Shown here: one piece after another, positions 27,307 to 36,811 of the stretch
Layout: each line of letters starts with the position of its first letter
Position numbering within the stretch: position 1 is the stretch's first letter
Assembly: GCA_964547465.1 (NCBI GenBank)
Contig: CAZJNI010000001.1
Location: 24,205 to 88,204, forward strand
Direction: 5' to 3'
Source of the DNA: an uncultured Gammaproteobacteria bacterium
GTDB taxonomy: Bacteria > Patescibacteriota > Microgenomatia > Daviesbacterales > UBA10151
Length of the DNA: 64,000 nt
Position numbers and translations under genes: made by a program
Notes under the pieces: generated by a model
Told to the model about the DNA's origin: nothing
The model's database searches: none
Seen by the model: only the letters and a program-made list of their open reading frames with translations

Positions 27307-28449
27307 CTAATTGATCCTTACCGGCATAATTATATATTGCAAACCCTCAATCCCAACTGGTTTTACTCGCGCCGCAGAAAGCGGACCGGAAAACTCAATC
27401 ATAATTTGAGAAGCTGGTGCATTGGAAATTGCATCAAGCAAAAACTTGGAATTAAAGGCAATTTGAATCTGGTCTCCTTCAACATTTGCTTCAATCTCAT
27501 TTTGTTGGCTACCCATTTCTTTGGCAGATGATTCAATCTTCAAGCCATTTTCAGCCAAAGTTAAAACAGCTACATTAACCTCGCCTTTGGCAAAAACAGC
27601 TGCCAGCTTAACTCCTTTTAGAAGCTCTTCTTTGTCTACCATAACCCTGGAAACTATTTCTGTAGGGATAATTTTCTCCCAGGCCGGGAATTGTCCTTCT
27701 ATTAACCTTGAGGAAAGAATGGTTTGGCCCAAAGTAAATATGACCTGATTTTGGTCTGAAGAGGCTGACAGTTCAACTTTATCTATTTCTGTTTCTGAAA
27801 TAATCCTTAAAACCTCTTCATATGTTTTTTTTGGGATCAGGCTTTTAAACCCTTCGACTCGTCCGCCTTTGGCGGGCTCGCCCAGGGCAAGCTGTACTCG
27901 ACGGTGGGCCAGCCTAAAACCATCTGTTGCCACAAAATCAATTTTCCCATCCCCTACATCAGTCAGAACTCCTGTTAAAACAGGCCTTCCTTCATCCACA
28001 GCCGAGGCAAAAAGAATTTGAGAGGAGGACAAAAGAATATCTTTTGGCAGGGTTACCTTGGTTTTTGAGGATAAAGGGATAGCCGGGAATTCAGAAGCTG
28101 CAATTCCATTTATACTGGCTTTAAATTTACCACTTTCTAAAGTCAGTATCTCACCAGTTGTCTCTATGCTAATTTTAGCTTGGCCCAAACCGGAAATCAG
28201 TTCTATTAAGGTTTTGGCAGGAACAGTAATCTCGCCAGTTTCTTCAACCTCAACATTTATATGCCTTATTACACCAATCTCTAAATTTGTAGCTGCAATT
28301 TTTAATCTTTTGCCTGCTTCGCCGCCAGGCGAGCCATCAATGGCCAGTAAAATATTATCTAAAACAGGCAGGGTTGAGTGCACTCCTACAGATCTTCCCG
28401 CAGCTTGCAAGTGCGGCAAAATATCCTGTTGCAAAACCTTAAACTTCAT
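27307..28449 (-). CDS. dnaN: DNA polymerase III beta sliding clamp
   Basis: 380 aa immediately downstream of dnaA; N-terminus MKFKVLQQDILPHLQ typical of DnaN. Confidence 0.9.
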   Translation of the reverse strand: MKFKVLQQDILPHLQAAGRSVGVHSTLPVLDNILLAIDGSPGGEAGKRLKIAATNLEIGVIRHINVEVEETGEITVPAKTLIELISGLGQAKISIETTGEILTLESGKFKASINGIAASEFPAIPLSSKTKVTLPKDILLSSSQILFASAVDEGRPVLTGVLTDVGDGKIDFVATDGFRLAHRRVQLALGEPAKGGRVEGFKSLIPKKTYEEVLRIISETEIDKVELSASSDQNQVIFTLGQTILSSRLIEGQFPAWEKIIPTEIVSRVMVDKEELLKGVKLAAVFAKGEVNVAVLTLAENGLKIESSAKEMGSQQNEIEANVEGDQIQIAFNSKFLLDAISNAPASQIMIEFSGPLSAARVKPVGIEGLQYIIMPVRIN

Positions 28450-28452
28450 TTT

Positions 28453-28483
28453 CAGTCGTCAGTCGTCAGTCGTCAGTCGTCAG
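28453..28483. repeat. Tandem heptamer (CAGTCGT) x4.4 immediately upstream of the dnaN ATG
   Basis: Direct reading of the sequence. Confidence 0.9.
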
Positions 28484-28518
28484 ATTTTGTCTGACAGCTG
28501 AAAGCTGAAGACTGATAG

Positions 28519-28977
28519 CTATTCTTCTCCCTTCTTGGCAGTAACAAACTTTTGAATTTCCTCTTCAGATACCTTAATCAACCTAAAATTAACTCTGCCG
28601 GCAGCAATTAGGTTTTTAATGTGTTTTTCCTCTTCTGTCAAAAGATGACTTATACCGGATTTAACTTCGATAAAATCAATTCTATCTCCATTTTTAATCC
28701 CAACAAAGTCAATCGGCCAACCTAAAGGGATAATCCGGTCATAATCATAGCGCAGTTCAGCATAAGTTAAAAGCTCTGCCATCCTGCCTTTTTGAGGGCT
28801 GATTGAACCTTGAATGACTTGCAAAACCCTGGCTGGTAAATCTTGAACCCCTTTGTATAAATCTATTAAGTCTGTTGGGATATCTTGCGGCTTTCTGCCG
28901 TGGAGTCTTCCTAAAAGATAAGCAATTACAATTCCGGCTAAAATAGCAATTATAATTGTCCAGTTAATGTTATCCAC
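28519..28977 (-). CDS. Membrane-anchored PD-(D/E)xK-like nuclease (Hjc/YraN-like fold)
   Basis: N-terminal transmembrane segment; IDFVG...IDFIEVKSG motif pattern. Confidence 0.4.
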   Translation of the reverse strand: MDNINWTIIIAILAGIVIAYLLGRLHGRKPQDIPTDLIDLYKGVQDLPARVLQVIQGSISPQKGRMAELLTYAELRYDYDRIIPLGWPIDFVGIKNGDRIDFIEVKSGISHLLTEEEKHIKNLIAAGRVNFRLIKVSEEEIQKFVTAKKGEE

Positions 28978-29146
28978 AAGAGGTTAGATTATACTACATA
29001 ATATTAATATAAATAGTAGTAATAATATGCTGTGTGGATATGTGTAAAAGCTATTTTTTGAGTTCAGTTTTGGGAGAATTTCGTGTGGGCAAACCCTTAT
29101 TTTTTGTGCAAATCTTTGTGGATAACTACTGAATAGTTGTGGATAA
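28970..29146. promoter_or_regulatory. oriC: oriC-like region: four DnaA boxes plus an AT-rich stretch
   Basis: TTATCCACA at 28970-28978; TGTGGATAT at 29033-29041; TGTGGATAA at 29117-29125 and 29138-29146; AT-rich 28990-29030. Additional boxes at 30477-30485 and 30504-30512 upstream of dnaA. Confidence 0.7.
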
Positions 29147-30484
29147 ATTTTGTTTTACTTCGCCCATCATCCTTTGAACCTCCCTGTTGTCCACAAGCAG
29201 TTTTTTAATCCTGTCCCGCCCGTGCATGACTGTGGTGTGGTCCCTGCCCCCCATGATCTCGCCGATTTTTTCAACTGTTAAATTTAGATCTTCAGATAAT
29301 ATATGCATAGCAATATGACGGGGCAGCACCAGCCCTTTTATTCTTCTCGGCCCGATTAAATCCAGTTGTTTGATGGAAAAATACTCACAAACCTTCATGA
29401 TAATTTGTTTTGGTGTCAGGTTTTTTAAACCGGCAGCCTCTTTTTTGCCAAGCAATTTGCCGATATTTTCCGGGGTTGGTTCTATTTGCTTTGTTTTTAA
29501 AGCCTGCAGAATCTGAATAAGTTTTCCTTCTAAATCTCTGGCGTTTGTTTCAACAGATCCGGCGATCAGATTAAGGGAAGGCTCATCCAAAAGATACTTT
29601 TGCTCAACACACTTATTTTTAAGTATGGCCACCCTGGTATCAAAATCAGGAGTCTGCATATCAACCATTAGCCCTCCCTGGAAGCGGCTTTTAAGACGAT
29701 CCTCGAGCTTTGCAATCTCGTATGGGGGTCTGTCTGAAGTAATGACAATTTGGGAATTTTTAGAAGAAAGCTCATTGAAGGTGTGGAAAAACTCCTCCTG
29801 GGTGCCTTCTCTGCCTGAAAAAAACTGGACATCGTCAATTAGTAAAATATTGACGTTTCTATAACGGGAGCGGAAAATACCAAATTGTTTTGTCTGTAGA
29901 GCTTCAACATAGTCATTGGTGAATTTTTCTGAAGAGCAATAGTTAACCTTGGAGCCGGGATATTTTTTCAGTACAGCGTTGCCTATTCCCAGCATCAGAT
30001 GAGTTTTCCCGACACCGGTTCCCCCGTAGATAAAAAGTGGATTATAAGAAGTGCCCGGGTTTTGAGCAACAGCTTCTGCCGCAGCGTAAGCCAGATTATT
30101 AGTAGGTCCTACCACAAAGTTTTCTAAAGTAAACTTAGGATTAGGCCGGGAAATTTGAGTTTGTACAGGCTGGAAAAATTCTTCCTCTGTTTCAGGTGCT
30201 TCTACATCTGCCTCTTTTACTGTAAATTCCACAATAACTTTCTGATCCAAAAGTTTTTCGAAAGTATCCTCAATTAGTTTGTTATATTTTTGCTGCAGAT
30301 TTTCCTTTATAAAAGCTGAAGGGGTTGATAGAACAACTTTGTTTCCCTCCCTCCCCTTTAAAAGAGTTTTGATAAAATAGGCCTTAAAATTATCCGGGCC
30401 TACTTCTGGTTTAATAAGCTGTAAAAATTTGTGCCAAAGTCTTAAATTATCCATATTACAGGGAGGGATGGGAAGGTTATCCAC
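29126..30484 (-). CDS. dnaA: Chromosomal replication initiator DnaA
   Basis: AAA+ Walker A GGTGVGKTHL; C-terminal DnaA-box-binding helix-turn-helix. The listed start is GTG; the probable true start is the ATG at 30454. Confidence 0.95.
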   Translation of the reverse strand: MDNLPIPPCNMDNLRLWHKFLQLIKPEVGPDNFKAYFIKTLLKGREGNKVVLSTPSAFIKENLQQKYNKLIEDTFEKLLDQKVIVEFTVKEADVEAPETEEEFFQPVQTQISRPNPKFTLENFVVGPTNNLAYAAAEAVAQNPGTSYNPLFIYGGTGVGKTHLMLGIGNAVLKKYPGSKVNYCSSEKFTNDYVEALQTKQFGIFRSRYRNVNILLIDDVQFFSGREGTQEEFFHTFNELSSKNSQIVITSDRPPYEIAKLEDRLKSRFQGGLMVDMQTPDFDTRVAILKNKCVEQKYLLDEPSLNLIAGSVETNARDLEGKLIQILQALKTKQIEPTPENIGKLLGKKEAAGLKNLTPKQIIMKVCEYFSIKQLDLIGPRRIKGLVLPRHIAMHILSEDLNLTVEKIGEIMGGRDHTTVMHGRDRIKKLLVDNREVQRMMGEVKQNLSTTIQ

Positions 30485-30779
30485 AATTTAATCTTAATTT
30501 GAGTTTTCCACAATATAGAGAAACTATTAAAAACTAGATCAAAATTTTTTAGGCTTTTTATGTTAAAATATTTATATGCAAATTTGGGATTATCAAATAG
30601 ACAAAAACTGGCAGCCGAAAACCCCAAAACAATGGGAATGGTTTTTGGTGCGCCAAATAAACTATGGCCATTTTAAAGGAATAAAAAAGGAAGTTATAAA
30701 AAAATTTCTGCCCAAAATTAAGAAGCTTTTGGATCCTGGGAAAAAAGCCATGCTGGAAAACTTCTTAAACTTAAAATAG

Positions 30780-31454
30780 ATGGAATTAACCAAAGGTCAA
30801 AAAACCGCTTTATCTTTACTGGCAGACTCCTCTCTGCGCGGTAAGTTCTATTGGACAGGAGGAACGCTGCTTGCTTATGAGTATCTTCAACACAGATTCT
30901 CGGAAGATTTGGATTTTTTTAGTGAAGAAAGCTTTCCCTTTGATGAGATTAACAACTTTATTCAAGACCTTAAAGAAAAAGGACATTTTGGAAAAGTGGA
31001 GTACCAAAAAATCTTTGACAGGCATCAGTTTTTACTTAAAAATAAGGAAGAGTTAAAAATTGAATTCGTCCACTACAATCACGATAAAAAAAGATTAGGT
31101 AAAAAAAGAGAAGTTTTGGGTGTTTGGGTAGACTCTTTGGAAGATTTGGCTGCCAACAAAGCTTTGGCCTATTTTGACAGGAATGAACCAAAAGATTTAT
31201 TTGATATTTATTTTTTGTTAACAAAAGGCAAATTTAGTTTAAAAAAGTTATTGGAACTGGCTTTGAGAAAATTCGGGGTTAAATTGCCTGAGAGTTTGTT
31301 TTGGAGCGAGGCTTTTAAAAAGATTGGGTTACTCTCTAAAATAAAACCACTGCTTCTGGAAAAAGATAGTAAAAAGAAACAACAGCTTTTGGATAAAGTA
31401 GAGCGCTATTTTAAAGAAAAATCCGTCCTTTATTTGAGAAAAAATCTGCAGTAA
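30780..31454 (+). CDS. Nucleotidyltransferase, AbiEii/AbiGii toxin family
   Basis: GG...SEDLDFF nucleotidyltransferase motif and length. Confidence 0.6.
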   Translation: MELTKGQKTALSLLADSSLRGKFYWTGGTLLAYEYLQHRFSEDLDFFSEESFPFDEINNFIQDLKEKGHFGKVEYQKIFDRHQFLLKNKEELKIEFVHYNHDKKRLGKKREVLGVWVDSLEDLAANKALAYFDRNEPKDLFDIYFLLTKGKFSLKKLLELALRKFGVKLPESLFWSEAFKKIGLLSKIKPLLLEKDSKKKQQLLDKVERYFKEKSVLYLRKNLQ

Positions 31455-31572
31455 CCCGCAGCAGAGAAACTACTTAAAAACTAGATCAAAAATCCTGTTG
31501 TATGTTGACGCCTTTTTCTATCAGTGTCGTTTACTTTACATAATGCAGCCGGGGGTGTAAAATTAAGTCGCA

Positions 31573-31929
31573 ATGGGAATGACGCAAGTTGCTTTAAAGA
31601 TTAAAAATCCTCAAAAACCCTCCAGTGGGTTTAGTGGTAAGTTTTTAGTTGATAGCGGCGCAACCTATACGGTGGTACCCGAGGATATACTTAAGGAATT
31701 AGGGATAAAACCAAAATGGGAGGAAGAATTTTCTTTGGCTGATGGACGGATAATTAAAAGATGGGTAGGTAATGCTTTGTATGAATTCGAGGGGAGAGAG
31801 TCAGCAGCCCCAGTCTTATTTGGAGAAAAAGATGACAGTTTACTATTAGGAACTTTTACACTGGAAGCATTAGGTTTAACATTAGATCCTTTAAAAAGAA
31901 AATTATATAAAGCTTTTTTGAGAATGTAA
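31573..31929 (+). CDS. Retropepsin-like (clan AA) aspartic protease
   Basis: LVDSGAT active-site motif. Confidence 0.7.
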   Translation: MGMTQVALKIKNPQKPSSGFSGKFLVDSGATYTVVPEDILKELGIKPKWEEEFSLADGRIIKRWVGNALYEFEGRESAAPVLFGEKDDSLLLGTFTLEALGLTLDPLKRKLYKAFLRM

Positions 31930-31934
31930 TACAT

Positions 31935-32072
31935 ATGCCGAAGAGGACGTACCAGCCTAAAAAATTAAAAAGGGCTAAGAAACATGGGTTTTTGTCCAGA
32001 ATGGCAACCCGTGATGGGGCTAAAGTAATAAATAGAAGAAGAGCACAGGGTAGAATAAGACTGGCAGTTTAA
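31935..32072 (+). CDS. rpmH: 50S ribosomal protein L34
   Basis: Manual translation [45 protein letters not shown]. Below the ORF-track cutoff. Confidence 0.9.
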   Translation: MPKRTYQPKKLKRAKKHGFLSRMATRDGAKVINRRRAQGRIRLAV

Positions 32073-32404
32073 TGCTCCCTAAATATCAACGTTTAAATTT
32101 AAAAAAAGATTTTAAATGGGTTGCATCCGGCAGGAAACTTGAGACTCAAAACTTAAAACTTTTTGTAAAATTAGGAGAAAATATAAACCCCAGAATCGGA
32201 ATAGCTGTTTCTTCTAAAAACTTTAAGAAGGCTCATGAAAGAAACAGAGCTAAACGTTTAGTTTATCAAGCTTTCCAGTCCATCATCCGCCTTCTACCTC
32301 CCGCCATCAATATTATAGCTCTTCCCAAAACCAGTGTGATTGGTGTAAAATCATCTGATCTGGGAAAAGAGCTGGAGAGTATTTATGAAAAAATTATTGA
32401 TTAA
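32072..32404 (+). CDS. rnpA: RNase P protein component
   Basis: Overlaps the rpmH stop (TAATG); basic 110-aa protein; synteny. Confidence 0.85.
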   Translation: MLPKYQRLNLKKDFKWVASGRKLETQNLKLFVKLGENINPRIGIAVSSKNFKKAHERNRAKRLVYQAFQSIIRLLPPAINIIALPKTSVIGVKSSDLGKELESIYEKIID

Positions 32405-32585
32405 TCTAATAACCTTTTATCAAAGATATTTATCTTTTGACCGTGGTTTCCTGGCTATTCTTGCTCCTGGTGGGGCCTGCAAATACCAGGTCAGCTGTTC
32501 TGAATATACAAAAATAGCAATTAGGGATTTTGGGGTGTTTAAGGGAGGTTTAATGGGAGCAAAGAGAATTTGGAGTTGTAGATGA
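32385..32585 (+). CDS. yidD: Membrane protein insertion efficiency factor YidD
   Basis: Conserved Cys-containing fold (GGACKYQVSCSEY); synteny. Confidence 0.8.
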   Translation: MKKLLINLITFYQRYLSFDRGFLAILAPGGACKYQVSCSEYTKIAIRDFGVFKGGLMGAKRIWSCR

Positions 32586-33430
32586 AAGAGATTGGGGATA
32601 TCTTTAATTTAGTTTTCATGGGTCCGGTTATAAATTTGCTGGTGTTAATCTTTCAGGGTTTACAGGCTATTCATATACCCGGTGCCTTAGGTTTTGCCAT
32701 AGTATTTTTAACTGTTTTAATAAGGATTTTAGTTTGGCCTTTTATGTCAAGTCAGATAAAAGCCACTAAAAAAATGGCAGATCTTAAACCGCATTTAGAT
32801 GAGTTAAAGGTAAAACATAAGGGTGATAAACAAGGACTAGCTTCTGCCCAGATGGCTTTATACAAAGAACATGGGGTTAACCCGGCAGGAGGATGTTTGC
32901 CGGCTATAATTCAAATCCCCATCTTTATTGCTCTTTATCAATCAATCATTAATATTTTGCCAGGAGCAGGCGGGCATATAGAAAACATCAATTCGCTTTT
33001 ATATTTTCCACAATTTAAGCTTTCAGGAAACTTAGATCCAAATTTTTTCGGTCTTAATTTAGGGCTAAAACCATCTGAATTTGGAAGTCATGGAATTTTG
33101 CTTCTTTTAATACCACTGGCTACAGCAGCTTTAACTTTTGTGCAGTCTAAAATGGCTCTTCCTAAAGTAATTAAAACCTATCCTTCGGATTCTCCAAAAG
33201 AGAAAAAGGAGAAGGAGGGAATTGAAGAGAGTATGGGGGCAGTGCAGTCCCAAATGGTTTATATGATGCCTATAATGATTGGCTATTTTGCTTTTTCTTT
33301 CCCCATAGGCCTTGCAATTTACTGGAATACGTATACAATACTGGGGATTATCCAGCAACATCGGATTTCCGGCTGGGGAGGAGCCGCGGACTTTGTCAGC
33401 GGAATTAAAAATTTAAAATTTAAAATTTAA
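32582..33430 (+). CDS. yidC: Membrane protein insertase YidC (short form)
   Basis: Five transmembrane segments; PFMSSQIKATKKMADLKP; synteny. Confidence 0.85.
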   Translation: MKEIGDIFNLVFMGPVINLLVLIFQGLQAIHIPGALGFAIVFLTVLIRILVWPFMSSQIKATKKMADLKPHLDELKVKHKGDKQGLASAQMALYKEHGVNPAGGCLPAIIQIPIFIALYQSIINILPGAGGHIENINSLLYFPQFKLSGNLDPNFFGLNLGLKPSEFGSHGILLLLIPLATAALTFVQSKMALPKVIKTYPSDSPKEKKEKEGIEESMGAVQSQMVYMMPIMIGYFAFSFPIGLAIYWNTYTILGIIQQHRISGWGGAADFVSGIKNLKFKI

Positions 33431-33455
33431 AATTTGGGAAGAAACAACAAAAACC

Positions 33456-33986
33456 ATGGAACAGCAACTAAGTGACGTATTAGATAATATATTAGGGTTA
33501 TTACTCCTGGAGGGGAGTTATGATATAGAGGAGAAAGAAGAGGGGTTTTTAGTCTCTGTTGATACAAAAGATGCAGGCAGATTAATTGGAGTCAGAGGAG
33601 AATCACTGGATGCTCTGCAGCTTATTTTAAATCAGATTATGTCCCGCAAAACAGGGGAAGGTCCGTCAGCTGACGGATTTAAAAGAGTTATTTTAGATGT
33701 AGGTGGTTGGAGAAAACAAAGAGAAGAAGAGCTTTCCAAAAGTGCTGTTGATTGGGGTAAACAAGTATTAGATTCGAAGGAAGAGATGGAGCTGGAACCA
33801 ATGTCTGCCTGGCAAAGAAGAATTGTACACACAGTAATTGGAGAGATTAAAGGCTTGGAAACAGAAAGTGTTGGTGAGGGAAGAGACAGACATATTGTAA
33901 TAAAGTTAAAAGGCAAAAGTGAGAAGGCAAAAGGAAAAAGCCAAAAAGAAGACCCAAACACAGATGCTGAAACTGAAGAAAGCTGA
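33456..33986 (+). CDS. jag: Jag/KhpB RNA-binding protein (KH+R3H)
   Basis: R3H motif WQRRIVHTVI; synteny after yidC. Confidence 0.8.
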   Translation: MEQQLSDVLDNILGLLLLEGSYDIEEKEEGFLVSVDTKDAGRLIGVRGESLDALQLILNQIMSRKTGEGPSADGFKRVILDVGGWRKQREEELSKSAVDWGKQVLDSKEEMELEPMSAWQRRIVHTVIGEIKGLETESVGEGRDRHIVIKLKGKSEKAKGKSQKEDPNTDAETEES

Positions 33987-35142
33987 AGAAACCCTTTTCT
34001 TCCTAACCATTCTTTTTCTGCCAACACAACTGGGGCGGCATTTCTGGCCACAATTTTCTTTTATTTATTCCCTGCCTGTAGATTACCTTTCCCCGACCCT
34101 TTATTTTTGGGATATTTTGGTTTTACTTCTTTGGCTGACCTTTCTTTTAAGCGGCAAACATATAAGTAAGCTTGCGTTGTTTTTTTTCTATTTTTTTATC
34201 TTAACTCAAGCTTTGTCTTTAGTTTTTAACCCGGATTCGCTGGGAGCAGGTTTTATAAGGCTGGAACAATATGTCATCGCAGGATTATTCGGGGTATATA
34301 TTGCAAGTAATAAGTTTTCAGTTTTAAGTCCCAAGTTATTTTGGCCTTTGGGATTGGCAATATTCGGGGAATCAGTTTTAGCAATTTTACAGTTTTTAAA
34401 AGGAGCCAGTATAGGATTTTGGGTCTTGGGTGAGCGGACTTTCTCTCTGACCAGTCCTGGAATTGCTAAATTTGATTTTTATGGAACGGAGTTTTTAAGA
34501 CCATATGCTACTTTTCCCCATCCAAATGTTTTGGCTGGTTTTGTCTTGATCACGCTACTGCTTATGCCTGTGCGCCGGACTTTAGCTATTTTAGGAGGCT
34601 TGGTCATTCTTTTAACAGTATCCAGAGCCACAATTGCTGCAGCCTTTATATCAACAATGTTTACTCTAAAAACCCAAGGCAGAAAATTAATTATTATAAT
34701 TTCTATATTACTCCTGCCTATTTTATATACCAGATATTCCTCTGTATTCAGCTTTGATAACTTAACACTTCACAGAAGAGAAGAGTTAGCATTTACTGCT
34801 TTTAACTTATGGCGTACAAATCCTTTATTCGGGGTGGGTTTAAATAACTTTATTCCTACAGCAGCTGACTCCCTGTTAACCGGCCCAAGCAGGTTTTTAC
34901 AACCAGTACATAATATTTTCCTGCTGACTCTTTCTGAAACCGGGGTAATCGGGTTAATCGGGTTAATCGGGCTGATAGGCTATCCGATATTGAAAAAATT
35001 TCAAATTTCAAATTTCAAATTTCTAATTATTTGGGCAGTAATAATTTTTTTAGGGCTTTTTGATCATTATTTTTTAACTCTGCCTCAAGGGTATAGACTA
35101 CTTTTTCTAATATGGGGAATATCTTTATCCATGCTAAAATAA
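33919..35142 (+). CDS. O-antigen ligase/Wzy-like polytopic membrane protein
   Basis: About 10 transmembrane segments and a Wzy_C-like loop. The true start is probably internal (MLKLKK...). Confidence 0.55.
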   Translation: MRRQKEKAKKKTQTQMLKLKKAEETLFFLTILFLPTQLGRHFWPQFSFIYSLPVDYLSPTLYFWDILVLLLWLTFLLSGKHISKLALFFFYFFILTQALSLVFNPDSLGAGFIRLEQYVIAGLFGVYIASNKFSVLSPKLFWPLGLAIFGESVLAILQFLKGASIGFWVLGERTFSLTSPGIAKFDFYGTEFLRPYATFPHPNVLAGFVLITLLLMPVRRTLAILGGLVILLTVSRATIAAAFISTMFTLKTQGRKLIIIISILLLPILYTRYSSVFSFDNLTLHRREELAFTAFNLWRTNPLFGVGLNNFIPTAADSLLTGPSRFLQPVHNIFLLTLSETGVIGLIGLIGLIGYPILKKFQISNFKFLIIWAVIIFLGLFDHYFLTLPQGYRLLFLIWGISLSMLK

Positions 35143-35147
35143 TTTAA

Positions 35148-36350
35148 GTGAGCCAATTTTTAAAAATTCTTAATCAAACCTCCTGGCAGATTTCAGGTAA
35201 AGTTGTAACTGCAGTTACAACTTTTGTAATTTTGGGGATAATTGCCAGAAATTACGGCGAATCTGGTACCGGTGTTTTTACTTTAGCCTTAACATACCTG
35301 GCTATCTTCTATTTGCTGACTGATTTTGGTTTTAATGCACATGTCCTGAAAAAAGTTCAAAGTTCAAAGTTCAAAGTTCAGATAGAAGAATTCAGAAAGT
35401 TGCTGGGGACAAGGATATTATGGTCAGCAGTACTGATGATTTTTGCCGTATGGCTGCTTCCCTTTTTGCCCTTTGCCAGTCCTCAATTTTACCAGGCTGT
35501 TTTGTTTGGCAGTTTAGCAATTGTTGCCTCCGGAATATTTATTACATGTAATTTGATTTTTCAAAGCCGCCTGAAATACGACTTATCTGTTATAGCCTCA
35601 AGTATTGGGGTAATTCTTGGTTTGGTTGTTGCTTTTTATTTATCGTCTTTTAAATATCCAGTCCCTTTTTTACTTTTAGCCCATCTTTTAGGTTGGATGG
35701 TTATATCCGCGGCGGCACTTGTTTTAATAAAGAGACTTTCATATGTAATTTTTCCAATATACGATAAAGGATACACCATAAACTTATTTAAACAGTCTTG
35801 GCCAATTGGGGCAACGTTACTTTTAAACGTAGTTTATTTTCGGGCTGACGCTTTTATGGTAGCTTACTTCAAAGGCGTATCCGATGCGGGTATTTATAAC
35901 GTTGCTTACAGCGTTTTTCAATCAGCTTTGGTCCTGCCTACCTTTATTATGAATTCATACTACCCGATGATGCTTAAATCATTCAGGGGTATTAAATTTG
36001 TGGGCTTAAGTTTATTTTTATTGGCTACACTGGGAACTCTGCTGACATTTTTTATGGCTCCGTTTATCACCAGTATTCTGACAGGAGGCGGATTTTTGGG
36101 ATCTTCTCAAAGTTTACAAATTCTATCCCTGGGATTTCCGGCGTATTTTTTGTCAGCGCTCTTGATGTGGATTTTAGTGACTAGAGGTAGGTATAAAACT
36201 TTACTTATAATCTATATATCCGGGCTGATAATAAATCTAGCTCTAAACTTTATTTATATACCGCAAGATTCATTTTATGCTGCTTCCTGGGTAAGCGTAA
36301 TTTCTGAATACTTGATTTTGGTCTTACAGCTTGTTAGTCTTCTTCTATGA
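35148..36350 (+). CDS. Polysaccharide flippase (MOP/Wzx-like)
   Basis: 12-transmembrane-segment profile; adjacent to the ligase-like gene. Confidence 0.55.
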   Translation: MSQFLKILNQTSWQISGKVVTAVTTFVILGIIARNYGESGTGVFTLALTYLAIFYLLTDFGFNAHVLKKVQSSKFKVQIEEFRKLLGTRILWSAVLMIFAVWLLPFLPFASPQFYQAVLFGSLAIVASGIFITCNLIFQSRLKYDLSVIASSIGVILGLVVAFYLSSFKYPVPFLLLAHLLGWMVISAAALVLIKRLSYVIFPIYDKGYTINLFKQSWPIGATLLLNVVYFRADAFMVAYFKGVSDAGIYNVAYSVFQSALVLPTFIMNSYYPMMLKSFRGIKFVGLSLFLLATLGTLLTFFMAPFITSILTGGGFLGSSQSLQILSLGFPAYFLSALLMWILVTRGRYKTLLIIYISGLIINLALNFIYIPQDSFYAASWVSVISEYLILVLQLVSLLL

Positions 36351-36760
36351 AATTAACGATCTTCACTGATGGAGCATCCAGAGGCAATCCTGGTGAGTCC
36401 TCTTATGGCTTTGTGATTACAGACGAGGCCGGGGATAAGGTATATGAAGAAGGAAAATATATTGGTATTGCTACAAATAACATTGCAGAATACACAGCTG
36501 TTTTAAGTGCTTTTGAATACATTAGGAAAAATTTATTCAGTAAAGGAATAATTTTAGAGTTTTTTATGGACTCAAGATTGGTAGCAGAGCAGCTTTCGGG
36601 TAGGTTTAAGATTAAAAGTGAAAACCTGAAGCCGCTTGTAGCGAAGATAAAGACCTTTGAGGGAAAATTCAAATCAGTAACATATACGCACGTACCCAGA
36701 GAAAAAAATAAAAAAGCGGATTTTATGGCAAATCTGGCGCTGGATAAATTGACTGCTTAA
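36347..36760 (+). CDS. rnhA: Ribonuclease H
   Basis: TDGASRGNPG...EYTAVL RNase H catalytic motifs. Confidence 0.8.
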   Translation: MKLTIFTDGASRGNPGESSYGFVITDEAGDKVYEEGKYIGIATNNIAEYTAVLSAFEYIRKNLFSKGIILEFFMDSRLVAEQLSGRFKIKSENLKPLVAKIKTFEGKFKSVTYTHVPREKNKKADFMANLALDKLTA

Positions 36761-36811
36761 GATATGTTTTATCTCTCTTGAAATTGTTTCCATCAGTAGT
36801 ACGATTTACCC

